A DNA stretch of 64,000 nt from an uncultured Microbacterium sp. (GTDB lineage Bacteria; Actinomycetota; Actinomycetes; Actinomycetales; Microbacteriaceae). Each line of letters starts with the position of its first letter. The stretch's first letter is position 1. The notes beneath the pieces were generated by a model, which saw only the letters and a program-made list of their open reading frames with translations, searched no databases and was not told the DNA's origin. Position numbers and translations under genes: made by a program. Positions 27,218 to 37,261 of this stretch are shown here, piece by piece. The stretch lies in contig NZ_CAUQVQ010000001.1 of the NCBI RefSeq assembly GCF_963521645.1, forward strand, positions 32,405 to 96,404. Direction: 5' to 3'.

Positions 27218-28462
27218 ATGACATTCACGGATACGACGGTGACAGGACTCGACGATCGGTGGCGGAACGCCGACCGACCCCGGACGAGTGCCGAGTGGCT
27301 CGACAGGGCTCAGCAGGTCGCCGACATCCTCGCGGTCGACGCTGTCGAGCGCGACCGCGCGAACGCGACTCCTCATGCCGAGGTGCGACTGCTGAAGGAC
27401 TCCGGGTTGGTCACCCTGCTCGGCCCGACCGCCCACGGCGGCGCCGGCGAGACCTGGGAGACCGCATACAGGATCATCCGCACCGTCGCGCGCGGCGACG
27501 GGTCGATCGGCCAGGTGCTCGGTTACCACTACCTCTGGGCGTGGGCGGCGCGACTCGTCGCGACGGACGAGCAGATCACCGCTGTCGAGGAGCTGTACAC
27601 GTCGAACAACTTCCTCTTCGGAGGCGCCGTCAACCCGCGCGATTCCGATCTGACGATCAGGGAGGACGGTGACGACCTCGTCTTCTCCGGTCGCAAATCC
27701 TTCTCGACGGGAGGTCAGATCTCAGACCTCACGGTGCTCGAGGGAGTCCTCGACGGCACCGACACCCACATCTTCGCGATCGTCCCCACCGCACAGGAGG
27801 GCATCGTCTTCGGAGGCGATTGGGACAGCCTCGGCCAGCGGCTCACCGAGTCGGGGTCCGTCGAGATCCGCGATGTGCGGGTGCCCTGGGCATCCGCGGC
27901 CGGATTCGTCGAACGGGAGTTCACGCCCCTCGTCTACAACACTCTGAACGTTCCGACGATTCAGCTCGTCTTCGCCAACTTCTATCTCGGCATCGCTCAG
28001 GGCGCCCTCGAGACCGCATCCGCGTACACGAGGACGACCACCCGGGCATGGCCGTACGGCGGCGACGACAAGGAGCGTGCGACCGAGGAGTGGTACGTGC
28101 TCGATGGCTACGGCGACCTGGCATCCAGGCTGTGGGCGGATGAGGCCCTGCTCGACGCCGTCGGCGCAGAGATCAGCGCAGTGCTGCATGCGCCCCGGGA
28201 GGAGCTCACGGCCCGCCGCCGAGGCGAGATCGCCGTGCGGATCGCTGCGGGCAAGCTGCGGATCGTCGACGACGGACTGCAGATCGCGACCAAGGTGTTC
28301 GAGCTCACGGGCGCCCGCGCATCGGCGAGCTCCGTGGGCCTCGACATCTTCTGGCGCAATCTCCGGACCCACAGCCTGCACGACCCCATCCCCTACAAGA
28401 AGCGCGAAGTGGGTGCGTACGTACTGCTCAACGACGTGCCGGAACCGACCTGGTACACCTGA
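27218..28462 (+). CDS. acyl-CoA dehydrogenase-fold flavin monooxygenase (SfnB/DszC-like)
   Basis: 414 aa from ATG 27218 (SD GGAAGG). It has an ACAD fold with the C-terminal DIFWRNLRTHSLHDPIPYK block typical of SfnB/DszC-type sulfur-acquisition oxidoreductases. Confidence 0.75.
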   Translation: MTFTDTTVTGLDDRWRNADRPRTSAEWLDRAQQVADILAVDAVERDRANATPHAEVRLLKDSGLVTLLGPTAHGGAGETWETAYRIIRTVARGDGSIGQVLGYHYLWAWAARLVATDEQITAVEELYTSNNFLFGGAVNPRDSDLTIREDGDDLVFSGRKSFSTGGQISDLTVLEGVLDGTDTHIFAIVPTAQEGIVFGGDWDSLGQRLTESGSVEIRDVRVPWASAAGFVEREFTPLVYNTLNVPTIQLVFANFYLGIAQGALETASAYTRTTTRAWPYGGDDKERATEEWYVLDGYGDLASRLWADEALLDAVGAEISAVLHAPREELTARRRGEIAVRIAAGKLRIVDDGLQIATKVFELTGARASASSVGLDIFWRNLRTHSLHDPIPYKKREVGAYVLLNDVPEPTWYT

Positions 28463-28527
28463 TCGCGCGGCGACGCCGCGGGTGTCGCCTCTGCGCTGCG
28501 GTGCAAGAGGCGACACCCGCGCCGACG

Positions 28528-29784
28528 TCACTTCTTCGCCACTCCGAGCGGTGAGAGCACCACGATCGCACCCACCAGGACAGAGGCGGCGATCCCGAGT
28601 CCGGCGTACTCGAAATTCGACAGGATCACGCCGGCGAGCACCGCGCCGGCGGCGGCCGACAGACTCATCAGCGAGTCGCTGCGCCCCTGTCGGCGCGTGC
28701 GCAGTTCGGGGGCACTCGACTCGGTCAGCAGCGCCGCCCCTGCGACCGTCGCCGCGCTCCATCCCAGGCCGAGCAGGATGAGCGCCACCATCACGCCCCA
28801 CTCCCGGTCGTTCGCGAACACGGCGAAGGCGAGCGCGCCGCCCGAGAGCAACTGCCCCAGCAGAACGACGCGCAACCGGCCCCAACGGTCCGCCAGGATC
28901 CCGAAGAGCGGGGACAGCGCGTACATGCCTCCGACGTGCAGGGCGATGGTGATTCCCACGAGCGCGGACACGTCGGCCGGCGTGGGGGCCATGCCATGTT
29001 CTCCGTGGGCCATGTGAGCGAGGTGCACGGGGGTCATCGCCATCACCGACGCCATCACGACGTGCGATCCGGCGACGGCGAACATGGCGTACCGAGCGAC
29101 GACCGGACGGTCGACGAACACCTCCCCGGTCGCGGCGGCAGCCGCTCTGGCGAGCTTCTGCGCCGCGAGGAGCGGGTCGGGACGCAGCGCCACCAGGTAG
29201 AGCACGAGAGCGGCGGATTGAGCGACGAACGAGAAGACGTAGGACCCCGTCTGCGGCGGCATTCCGAGGTACGCACCGATGATCTCTCCGGGGCCGAGCA
29301 GCAGCGGACCCGCGACCCCTCCGATCGTCGTCGCCCACACCACGATCGACAGATCGCGTCCCCGGTGTCTCGGAGCCGCGAGATCGGTGGCGGCGAACCG
29401 TGACTGCAGGTTGCCGGCGTTGCCCGCGCCGATCATGAGAATGCCGACCAGGAGCAGCGGGAACACGCGCAGCGATGCCGCGAGGATCACGACGGCGATG
29501 CCGGTCAGCGCGAAGAGGTTGCCGAGTGTGAGTGCACGGCGTCGTCCGACTCGCGCGGCCAGGCGCGCGAGCGGGATCGCGCACAGCGCAGCACCCAGCG
29601 TGACCGACGCCGTCGCGAGCCCCGAGAGCGCGTCGCTGCCCGACAGATCGGCGGCGAGCAGAGCGCCGAGAGAGACCGTCGCCCCGAATGCGATGCCGCC
29701 CAGCACCTGACCGACGGAGAGCACCCACACGGTCCTCCGCTGCACAGACGCCTGCTGCGACGCCGTGAGGGCGTCGACGGTCAT
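28528..29784 (-). CDS. MFS transporter
   Basis: 418 aa with about 12 predicted TM helices. ATG overlaps the stop of the upstream FAH gene (ATGA). Confidence 0.85.
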   Translation of the reverse strand: MTVDALTASQQASVQRRTVWVLSVGQVLGGIAFGATVSLGALLAADLSGSDALSGLATASVTLGAALCAIPLARLAARVGRRRALTLGNLFALTGIAVVILAASLRVFPLLLVGILMIGAGNAGNLQSRFAATDLAAPRHRGRDLSIVVWATTIGGVAGPLLLGPGEIIGAYLGMPPQTGSYVFSFVAQSAALVLYLVALRPDPLLAAQKLARAAAAATGEVFVDRPVVARYAMFAVAGSHVVMASVMAMTPVHLAHMAHGEHGMAPTPADVSALVGITIALHVGGMYALSPLFGILADRWGRLRVVLLGQLLSGGALAFAVFANDREWGVMVALILLGLGWSAATVAGAALLTESSAPELRTRRQGRSDSLMSLSAAAGAVLAGVILSNFEYAGLGIAASVLVGAIVVLSPLGVAKK

Positions 29785-30557
29785 GACGCGCGCACGGCGT
29801 CGCGCACGGTGTTGCGCAGGATACCCAGTCCGGTGATCTCGACCTCGACGGTGTCGCCGGCGACGAGGGCGCCGACGCCCGCAGGCGTGCCCGTGAGGAT
29901 GACGTCGCCGGGCAGCAGCGTGAACGCCTCCGAGGCGTGTTCGATGATGGTCTCGACCGAGTGGATCATGTCGGACAGCGGCGCGCTCTGCCGCACCTCA
30001 CCGTTGACGCGAGTCTCGATGGTGGCGGCCGACGGGTCGAAGTCCGTGCTGATCGTCGGACCGAGGGGGCAGAACGTGTCGAAGCCCTTCGCGCGCGCCC
30101 ACTGGCCGTCCTTGCGCTGCAGGTCTCGTGCGGTGACGTCGTTGGCGATCGTGTAGCCGAGCACGTGATCGAGGGCATCCTCGGCCTTCACGTTCTTCGC
30201 GACCCTGCCGATCACGACGGCGAGTTCGCCCTCGTGCTCGATCTGCTCCGAGATCGCGGGGCGCACGATCGCATCCCCCGGGCCGATCACGGCGGTGTTG
30301 GGCTTGAGGAACAGCAGCGGCTCCTCGGGGGCGTCTCCGCCCATCTCGGCGGCATGATCGTGATAGTTCTTGCCGACGCACACGATCTTCGAGCGCGGGA
30401 TCACCGGCGCGAGGATCACCGCATCCGCGATCGGCACTCGGTCACCCGTGGGCTCGTATCCGGCGAAGAGCGGATCGCCCGAGAGGACGACCAGGTCGGT
30501 GTCATCGACGATCCCGAAGAGGATGGCGTCGTCGTGGCTGAATCGTGCGATCTTCAT
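29781..30557 (-). CDS. fumarylacetoacetate hydrolase (FAH) family protein
   Basis: 258 aa with KIVCVGKNYHDHAAEMGG, the EGELAVVIG and the GTPAGVG motifs of the FAH / 2-keto-4-pentenoate hydratase family. Confidence 0.9.
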   Translation of the reverse strand: MKIARFSHDDAILFGIVDDTDLVVLSGDPLFAGYEPTGDRVPIADAVILAPVIPRSKIVCVGKNYHDHAAEMGGDAPEEPLLFLKPNTAVIGPGDAIVRPAISEQIEHEGELAVVIGRVAKNVKAEDALDHVLGYTIANDVTARDLQRKDGQWARAKGFDTFCPLGPTISTDFDPSAATIETRVNGEVRQSAPLSDMIHSVETIIEHASEAFTLLPGDVILTGTPAGVGALVAGDTVEVEITGLGILRNTVRDAVRAS

Positions 30558-30636
30558 CCCCTCAGCCTAGCCAGCGAGCCGAACGAGAAGACCCCGCCGG
30601 GCCGGAGGCGCAGCGGGGTCTCGTCGAGCGTCGCGC

Positions 30637-31737
30637 TCAGGCGTCCAGACGCAGCAGCCAGCCATGCTTGTCTTCCCGGCGTCCGTACTGGATGTCCGTC
30701 AGCTCCTCGCGCAGCGAGAGCGCGAGCTCGCCGAGCGGCTGCGGCTCGTCGAAGCCCTCCCCGACGAGCGCGCCGATCGGGGTCACGACGGCCGCCGTGC
30801 CGCAGGCGAACACCTCGACGATGTCTCCCGAAGCCACGCCTTCGCGCCACTCGTCGATCGAGATCGGACGCTTCTCGACCGTGTAGCCGCGGTCCTCCGC
30901 CAGCTGCAGGAGCGAGTCGCGCGTGATGCCCTCGAGGATGCTGTCGGACTCAGGGGTGACGATCCGGCCGTCCTTGAAGACGAACACCACGTTCATGCCG
31001 CCGAGCTCCTCGACGTCGCGGTTCTCGTTCAGGAACACCACCTGGTCGCAGCCCTTCTCGGCCGCGAGAGCCTGCGGCAGCAGGCTCGACGCATAGTTGC
31101 CGCCGGTCTTCGCCTTGCCCGTGCCACCGCGTCCGGCACGCGAATGCTCTTCGGACAGCCAGATGCGCACCGGCTTGACGCCGCCGGAGAAGTACGCACC
31201 GGCCGGGCTCGCGATCACGTAATAGGCGACCTTCTGCGCGGCGCGCACACCGAGGAATGCCTCCTTGGCGAACATGAAGGGTCGCAGGTAGAGGCTCTGG
31301 TCCTCCCCCGACGGGACCCAGCGGCCGTCGACCGCGATCAGCTCGCGCAGCGACTGGATGAAGTACTCGGTCGGGAGCTCGGGCAGTGCGAGCCGTCGAG
31401 CGCTGGCCTGCATGCGCGCGGCGTTGCGATCGGGGCGGAACGTGTGGATCGATCCGTCCGCGTGCCGGTAGGCCTTGATGCCTTCGAAGATCTCCTGGGC
31501 GTAGTGCAGCACCGATGCGGCCGGGTCGAGCGGGATCGGCCCGTAGGGCTGCACGCGCGGCCGGTGCCACCCTCCCTTGACCGACCAGCAGATGTCGACC
31601 ATGTGATCCGTGAAGACCACGCCGAAGCCGGGGTTCGCGTGCACCTCTGCGACGCGCGCCGGCGACGCCGCAGTCAGGTTCTTGGTCACCGCGAACTCCA
31701 GCGGAGCCGCGGAGGTCTCTGCATCGATCGTCGTCAT
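30637..31737 (-). CDS. ilvE: branched-chain amino acid aminotransferase
   Basis: 366 aa class IV aminotransferase with FEGIKAYRHADGSI and GGTGKAKTGGNYA motifs. Confidence 0.95.
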   Translation of the reverse strand: MTTIDAETSAAPLEFAVTKNLTAASPARVAEVHANPGFGVVFTDHMVDICWSVKGGWHRPRVQPYGPIPLDPAASVLHYAQEIFEGIKAYRHADGSIHTFRPDRNAARMQASARRLALPELPTEYFIQSLRELIAVDGRWVPSGEDQSLYLRPFMFAKEAFLGVRAAQKVAYYVIASPAGAYFSGGVKPVRIWLSEEHSRAGRGGTGKAKTGGNYASSLLPQALAAEKGCDQVVFLNENRDVEELGGMNVVFVFKDGRIVTPESDSILEGITRDSLLQLAEDRGYTVEKRPISIDEWREGVASGDIVEVFACGTAAVVTPIGALVGEGFDEPQPLGELALSLREELTDIQYGRREDKHGWLLRLDA

Positions 31738-31799
31738 GTCGTCATTCCGTTCCTTGTGGGTGGGCGCATCATCGCGCCGTTTCAGCCTACGCCTGCCGC

Positions 31800-32843
31800 T
31801 CAGAGCCGCGCGGCGATCGCGGAGCCGATCTCCGCTGTCGTGCGTGCGCCCGAGCGGGCGGCGATGTCGGCCTCGACGGCGGCGCTCACTCGAGCTGATT
31901 CCGTGGGGAGACCGAGATGGTCGAGCAGCAGGGCGATCGACAGGATCGCGGCGGTCGGATCGGCCTTCTGCTGCCCCGCGATGTCCGGCGCCGAGCCGTG
32001 GACGGGCTCGAACATCGACGGGAAGGTGCCGTCGGGATTGATGTTGCCCGAGGCCGCGAGTCCGATGCCGCCGGTGACGGCTCCCGCGAGGTCTGTCAGG
32101 ATGTCGCCGAACAGGTTGTCGGTGACGATCACGTCGAAGCGAGAGGGGTCGGTGACGAGGAAGATCGTCGCCGCATCGACGTGCAGGTAGTCTACCGCCA
32201 CGTCCGGGTGCTCTGCCGCGACCTCGTTCACGACCCGTTGCCAGATCGCTCCGGCGTACACCAGCACGTTGGTCTTGTGCACGAGGGTGACCTTCTTGTG
32301 CCGACGTTCGGCGAGATCGAAGGCGTAGCGCACGACGCGCTCGACGCCGAAGGCCGTGTTCACCGAGGTCTCGTTCGCGACCTCGTGCGGCGTGCCCGTG
32401 CGGATCGCACCGCCGTTGCCGACGTACGGACCCTCGGTGCCCTCTCGGACGACGACGAAGTCGATCTCGCCCGGGTTCGCGAGCGGGCCGGCGGCACCGG
32501 TGAACAGCTTCGACGGACGAAGGTTCACGTAGTGGTCGAGAGTGAAGCGAAGCCTCAGCAGCAGCCCTCGCTCGATGTTCGCGTCCTTGAGGCGTGGGTC
32601 GCCGGGCGTCCCCCCGACCGCACCGAGCAGGATCGCATCGTGTTCGGAGATCGCCTGCAGGTCATCGTCCGTGAGGGTGTCGCCGGTCTCCAGGAACCGC
32701 GCGGCGCCGAGCGAGAAGCGCGTCTTGTCGAACGTCACGTCACTGGATGCGGTGACGGCGTCGAGCACCTTCTCGGCCTCGGCGACGACCTCTGGGCCGA
32801 TTCCGTCACCGGGGATGACGGCCAGCTTCACGACACGCGACAT
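31800..32843 (-). CDS. leuB: 3-isopropylmalate dehydrogenase
   Basis: 347 aa with [14 protein letters not shown] and [25 protein letters not shown] signatures. Confidence 0.95.
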   Translation of the reverse strand: MSRVVKLAVIPGDGIGPEVVAEAEKVLDAVTASSDVTFDKTRFSLGAARFLETGDTLTDDDLQAISEHDAILLGAVGGTPGDPRLKDANIERGLLLRLRFTLDHYVNLRPSKLFTGAAGPLANPGEIDFVVVREGTEGPYVGNGGAIRTGTPHEVANETSVNTAFGVERVVRYAFDLAERRHKKVTLVHKTNVLVYAGAIWQRVVNEVAAEHPDVAVDYLHVDAATIFLVTDPSRFDVIVTDNLFGDILTDLAGAVTGGIGLAASGNINPDGTFPSMFEPVHGSAPDIAGQQKADPTAAILSIALLLDHLGLPTESARVSAAVEADIAARSGARTTAEIGSAIAARL

Positions 32844-32863
32844 GACACTCCTTGCATCGGGAT

Positions 32864-32904
32864 GGACCGGCCGCCGCTCGGAGGCATGCCGAGCGGGCCG
32901 GTCC
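32864..32904 (-). terminator. GC-rich hairpin after the MFS efflux gene
   Basis: GGACCGGCCGCCGCTCGG-AGGCATG-CCGAGCGGGCCGGTCC, between the MFS stop (32919) and the leuB start (32843). There is no clear T-tail. Confidence 0.4.
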
Positions 32905-32918
32905 CCCCAGCGTACTGG

Positions 32919-34454
32919 TCAGTGCGAGGGGCTCGTACGCAGCGTGACGGCGGCGATCGCCCCGGCGAGGACGACGAGCCCTGCGCCGATGAGCGACGTC
33001 ACGAGCACGCCGGATCCGAACGCGGCGGATGCCGCGCCCCACAGCGCGTCGCCGAGCTCGGCGGGGAGCTCCTGCGCCGCCGTGTAGGCGCCGGCGAGAG
33101 TCTCCTTCGCGGCGTGCGCCGCCTCCGCAGGGATGCCGGCAGGGATCGCCAGCGCCCCGCGGTAGAACGCGGTGATCAGTCCGCCGAGGACGGCGGTGCC
33201 GAGCACGGCCCCCAGCTCGTACGCCGTCTCGGACACAGCACTGGCCGCGCCGGCCTTCTCGGCCGGTGCGCTGGAGAGGATCAGCTCGTTCGAGATCGTC
33301 TCCGCCGCCCCGATGCCGATTCCCAGCACCACGAAGGCGAGGATGAGGGGCGCGACGCCGTGATCGGCCGTCGTGAAGGCGACGAGGAGATATCCGGTCA
33401 CGGAGAACGCGAGACCGGCGGGAACGAGCACGTGCGGACGGACCCGTCTCGAGATCGGTACCACCGAGAGCCCGGCGACGATCATCGCGAGCATTCCGGG
33501 CACGAGCGCGGCGCCGGCGATCATCGGCGACAGACCCAGGACCAGCTGCAGGTGCTGGGAGACGAAGTAGAGGAACCCCACGAGCGCGACGACGCTGAGC
33601 AGGTTGACGAGGATCGCTCCGGAGAACGACCCTCTGCGGAACAGCGCCATGTCGAGCATCGGGATGTCGGAACGCAGCTGACGCCGCACGAAGAGGCAGC
33701 CCATCACGATGCCGAGCAGAGCCCAGCCCCCGACGGTCACGCTGGGTCCGTCGACCGCGAGCGACTTGATCGCGTACACGACAGGGATCATCGCGGCCAT
33801 CGACAGGACGATGCTGACGATGTCGATGCGGCCCGGGTGGGGATCGCGGCTCTCCGGCACGAGCAAGGGTGCCGCGACCAGCAGGGGGATCAGGACGGGC
33901 ACGGCGATGAGGAACACCGATCCCCAGTCGAAGTGCTCGAGCAGGAAACCGCCCACGATCGGCCCGAGCGCCGAGCCCGCGGAGAACGCGGATGCCCAGA
34001 CCGCGATGGCGAGACGACGCTGGTCGCGGTTCGTGAAGATCGAGCGCAGCAGTGACAGCGTCGACGGCATCAGCATCGCGCCGAACAGGCCCAGGAGCGC
34101 TCTGGCGGCGATCAGCAGTCCGGCGGTGGGCGCGAAAGCAGCGAGAGCCGAGACTGCGGCGAAGCCGGTGGCGCCGATCAGCAGCATCCGGCGCCGTCCG
34201 AAGCGGTCCCCCAGCGTGCCCATCGTGACGAGCAGTCCTGCCAGAACCAGCGGGTAGACGTCGATGATCCACAGCTGCTCCGCCCCGGTCGGCGACAGCG
34301 CCATCGATATCTCGGGCAGCGCGAAGCTCAGCACCGTGTTGTCGACCGACACCAGGAGCACGGGAAGCATGAGTACGACGAGCGCGGCCCAGCCGCGTGC
34401 TCCGACGCGGGGGGAATCCGTCTCCGTCGTCGGGACCGACGCAGTGCGGGTCAT
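32919..34454 (-). CDS. MFS drug-efflux transporter (14-TMS DHA2/EmrB-QacA type)
   Basis: 511 aa with about 14 TM helices and the GTLGDRFGRRRMLL motif. It is divergent from a TetR gene. Confidence 0.88.
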   Translation of the reverse strand: MTRTASVPTTETDSPRVGARGWAALVVLMLPVLLVSVDNTVLSFALPEISMALSPTGAEQLWIIDVYPLVLAGLLVTMGTLGDRFGRRRMLLIGATGFAAVSALAAFAPTAGLLIAARALLGLFGAMLMPSTLSLLRSIFTNRDQRRLAIAVWASAFSAGSALGPIVGGFLLEHFDWGSVFLIAVPVLIPLLVAAPLLVPESRDPHPGRIDIVSIVLSMAAMIPVVYAIKSLAVDGPSVTVGGWALLGIVMGCLFVRRQLRSDIPMLDMALFRRGSFSGAILVNLLSVVALVGFLYFVSQHLQLVLGLSPMIAGAALVPGMLAMIVAGLSVVPISRRVRPHVLVPAGLAFSVTGYLLVAFTTADHGVAPLILAFVVLGIGIGAAETISNELILSSAPAEKAGAASAVSETAYELGAVLGTAVLGGLITAFYRGALAIPAGIPAEAAHAAKETLAGAYTAAQELPAELGDALWGAASAAFGSGVLVTSLIGAGLVVLAGAIAAVTLRTSPSH

Positions 34455-34484
34455 GGAACACCTCTCAGGATCTCGACGGCCTGA

Positions 34485-34512
34485 TTACTAAACCGTCCGG
34501 ATGGTATAGTAA
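34485..34512. promoter_or_regulatory. 28-bp imperfect palindrome, candidate TetR operator
   Basis: TTACTAAACCGTCC|GGATGGTATAGTAA, with 12 of 14 positions symmetric. It lies in an AT-richer stretch of the 111-nt divergent intergenic region and overlaps a TATAGT -10-like hexamer. Confidence 0.4.
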
Positions 34513-34565
34513 CAGAATCGATACGCGTCCGCGCTACTGTGATCGAGACGAACAGAGGACCCCCG

Positions 34566-35111
34566 ATGCCCAGACCTCCCCTCGCGCGCGAACGCGTTCT
34601 CGACGCCTTCGAATCGATCGTGATCGACGAGGGGGTGCGCGCGGCCACACTCGACGCGACGGCCAAGGGCGCCGGCGTCTCGAAGGGCGGCCTCCTCTAC
34701 CATTTCGCCTCGAAGGAGGAGCTCGCGGCAGGCTTGATCGACCGCCTGGACGCGCTCACCACTCTCGATCTCGAGCGGATGACGGGGGCGGAAGAGGGTC
34801 CGGTCGCCTACTACGTGCGCACCTCGGTCATGGAGGACGACGCGCTAGACCGTGCGCTCATCGCCGCGACCCGTCTCGCTCAGGGCGGCTCGGCCCCCGC
34901 TGCCGACGCACTGCGGCGGAACCGGGACCGATGGGCCGACGCGATCCGCCCCCACGTGCGCGACGCCGCGAGCCTCGATCTCGTGATGCTGCTGAGCGAC
35001 GGCCTGTATTTCAACAACTCGCTCGATGTGCACGGGCCCGAACGCCTCGTGCCTCGCAGCGACGAACTCGCGGACCTGATCTCGCTCGTGCTGCGGGCGA
35101 CCGCTCCCTGA
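34566..35111 (+). CDS. TetR/AcrR family transcriptional regulator
   Basis: 181 aa from ATG 34566 (SD AGAGGA). The N-terminal HTH is ATLDATAKGAGVSKGGLLYHFASKEEL. Confidence 0.85.
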   Translation: MPRPPLARERVLDAFESIVIDEGVRAATLDATAKGAGVSKGGLLYHFASKEELAAGLIDRLDALTTLDLERMTGAEEGPVAYYVRTSVMEDDALDRALIAATRLAQGGSAPAADALRRNRDRWADAIRPHVRDAASLDLVMLLSDGLYFNNSLDVHGPERLVPRSDELADLISLVLRATAP

Positions 35112-35127
35112 GAAGATCCCCACGAAC

Positions 35128-35169
35128 GAGAGCGGGAGGGGCCGCCGTTCGGCCGCCCCTCCCGCTCTC
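35128..35169. terminator. bidirectional hairpin terminator (TetR / serA)
   Basis: GAGAGCGGGAGGGGCCGCC-GTTC-GGCCGCCCCTCCCGCTCTC. It is flanked by a second inverted pair, GAGATCCCC/GGGGATCTC. Confidence 0.6.
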
Positions 35170-35188
35170 GTCGAGGGGATCTCCCCGC

Positions 35189-36793
35189 TCAGACCTCGGT
35201 GATCTCGATCTGACGGAAGAGGTCGGCGTCGATCGCCGAGCTCACCTCGTCGAGAAGCTCATCCGAGACCGGGGAGTCGAGCGTCACGACGCTGAGCGCC
35301 TGATCGCCGGCGCCGAGACGCGAGATCTGCATACCCGCGATGTTCACGCCCGCCTCGCCGAACTTCTGACCGTAGACGGCGACGATTCCGGGGCGGTCGG
35401 TGTAGAGCATCACGACGTGGTGCTTCTCGATGGGCAGCTCGAGGGCGTGTCCATTGATGCCGACCAGCTTCTCCGCCTGCTTGGGCCCCGTGAGGGTGCC
35501 TGAGACCGAGAGCTGCGAGCCGTCGGAGAGCGCGCCGCTGAGGGTGATCACGTTGCGGTACTCGTCGCTGACGTCGTCCTTGAGCAGACGCACCGCGATG
35601 CCGCGCTGCTCGGCGAGCAGCGGTGCGTTCACGTACGACACCGTCTCGCTGACGATGTTCGTGAACACGCCCTTGAGCGCTGCGAGCTTGAGGACACTGA
35701 CGTCGTAGTCGTTCAGCTCGCCGTGCACCTCGACGTCGAGGCTCGTGAGCGGCGACGTGGCGAGCGCGGCGAAGATCTGGCCGAGCTTCTCGACGAGCGA
35801 GATGCCGGGGCGCACGTACGGGTCGATCACACCGCCGGCGACGTTGACGGCGTCCGGCACGAGGTCGCCGCCGAGCGCGAGACGGACGGAGCGAGCGACC
35901 GACACACCGGCCTTCTCCTGCGCCTCCTCGGTGCTGGCGCCCAGGTGCGGCGTGACGACGACGTTCGGGAGGTCGAGCAGTCGGCGAGCCGTGCCGCCCT
36001 CGGCCGGGGGCTCGGACGTGAACACGTCGAGTCCTGCACCCGCGATCTCACCCGCGACGAGCGCGTCGTGAAGAGCCTCTTCGTCGATGAGCCCGCCACG
36101 AGCGACGTTGACGACGAACGCCGTCGGCTTCATGGCCGAGAACTGCTCGGCACCGATCATGCCGGTCGTCTCCGGCGTCTTCGGCATGTGGATCGTGAGG
36201 AAGTCCGACTCTGCGACGAGCTCGTCGAGCGACAGGAGCTGCACTCCGAGCTGCTGAGCACGTGCGGAGGTGACGTACGGGTCGTACGCGACGACGCGCA
36301 TGTCGAACGCCGCGAGACGCGCGGCGACGAGAGCGCCGATGCGACCGAGACCGATGATGCCGACGGTCTTCTCGAACAGCTCGGCACCCGTGAACGAACT
36401 GCGCTTCCACTGCCCTGCGGCGAGAGACGCATGCGCGGCAGGGATACGGCGGGCGAGGCTGAGGATGTGTCCGACGGTGAGCTCGGCGGCGGAGACGATG
36501 TTCGAGGTCGGTGCGTTGACGACCATGACACCGGCGGTCGTGGCGGCCTTGATGTCGACGTTGTCGAGACCGACGCCGGCTCGCGCGACGACCTTGAGCT
36601 TCGGCGCGTGCGCCAGCGCCTCCTCATCGATCCGGGTCGCCGAGCGGATCAGCACGGCATCGGCGTCGGCGAGCGACGAGAAGAGCGCCTCGCGATCGGT
36701 GCCGTCGACGGTGCGGACGTCGAAGTCGGGGCCGAGGGCCTCGATCGTGGCGGGAGAGAGAACTTCGGCGAGGAGCACGACGGGCTTCGGCAC
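35189..36793 (-). CDS. serA: D-3-phosphoglycerate dehydrogenase
   Basis: 534 aa from GTG 36791-36793 (SD GAAGGA). It begins VPKPVVLLAEVLSP, carries a GIIGLGRIG NAD motif and has C-terminal ASB and ACT domains. Confidence 0.93.
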   Translation of the reverse strand: MPKPVVLLAEVLSPATIEALGPDFDVRTVDGTDREALFSSLADADAVLIRSATRIDEEALAHAPKLKVVARAGVGLDNVDIKAATTAGVMVVNAPTSNIVSAAELTVGHILSLARRIPAAHASLAAGQWKRSSFTGAELFEKTVGIIGLGRIGALVAARLAAFDMRVVAYDPYVTSARAQQLGVQLLSLDELVAESDFLTIHMPKTPETTGMIGAEQFSAMKPTAFVVNVARGGLIDEEALHDALVAGEIAGAGLDVFTSEPPAEGGTARRLLDLPNVVVTPHLGASTEEAQEKAGVSVARSVRLALGGDLVPDAVNVAGGVIDPYVRPGISLVEKLGQIFAALATSPLTSLDVEVHGELNDYDVSVLKLAALKGVFTNIVSETVSYVNAPLLAEQRGIAVRLLKDDVSDEYRNVITLSGALSDGSQLSVSGTLTGPKQAEKLVGINGHALELPIEKHHVVMLYTDRPGIVAVYGQKFGEAGVNIAGMQISRLGAGDQALSVVTLDSPVSDELLDEVSSAIDADLFRQIEITEV

Positions 36794-36907
36794 AGGGATC
36801 CTTCGGGGCAGCGCGACAGGGGGCCGATGCGCCGCACACCGTGGGGGCGCGATCACTTCAACTGTACCCGAGCGCTCTCGCTGCTCCGTGCCGTGTGACG
36901 CCGCCGG

Positions 36908-37261
36908 TCACGGCGAGACGGTCACGAGGTCCGACATGTTGAGGATGCTGTAGCCGATCAGGCTGAGCCAGAACACCGCCACGACGCCGAGACCCGCCAG
37001 GAGCACGAGCCCGAGTTCGCCCGAGTTGCGGCGTCTGCCGATCGCATAGGCGAACACGAACACGATCGCGGGGAACACGACGCCGAACAGCAGCGTCACC
37101 CAGCCGACAGCGGTCAGACCGTTCTGCGCCATCGTGATCAGGTGCGCCACCGCGTTCCAGATCGCATAGGCGTAGAACAGCCCGGCCGTTCCGAGAACCA
37201 GCGCGCTGAGCCACCGCGGCGACCCCGCGTTCGCCGTCGACTCCGCGTCGATCCGGCTCAT
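36908..37261 (-). CDS. small integral membrane protein, unknown function
   Basis: 117 aa from ATG 37259-37261, which overlaps the upstream stop (ATGA). It has 3-4 hydrophobic helices and high GC3. No family recognised. Confidence 0.55.
   Translation of the reverse strand: MSRIDAESTANAGSPRWLSALVLGTAGLFYAYAIWNAVAHLITMAQNGLTAVGWVTLLFGVVFPAIVFVFAYAIGRRRNSGELGLVLLAGLGVVAVFWLSLIGYSILNMSDLVTVSP

Noticed and set aside
25378-27672. 764-aa plus-strand ORF.
   Set aside because: It starts inside tRNA-Gln, runs antisense through all of gltX and then out of frame into the SfnB-like gene. Its composition is R/E/G-rich. It is not a plausible gene.
27722-29728. 668-aa minus-strand ORF.
   Set aside because: It is antisense to the SfnB-like gene and out of frame with the MFS gene at 28528-29784. 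It is very R/G/P-rich and is a shadow ORF.
31917-34055. 712-aa plus-strand ORF.
   Set aside because: It is antisense to leuB and the DHA2 MFS gene and crosses their intergenic hairpin. Its composition is extremely R/D/G/H-rich and low in complexity. This is the typical shadow ORF of a high-GC genome opposite genes with clear family signatures.
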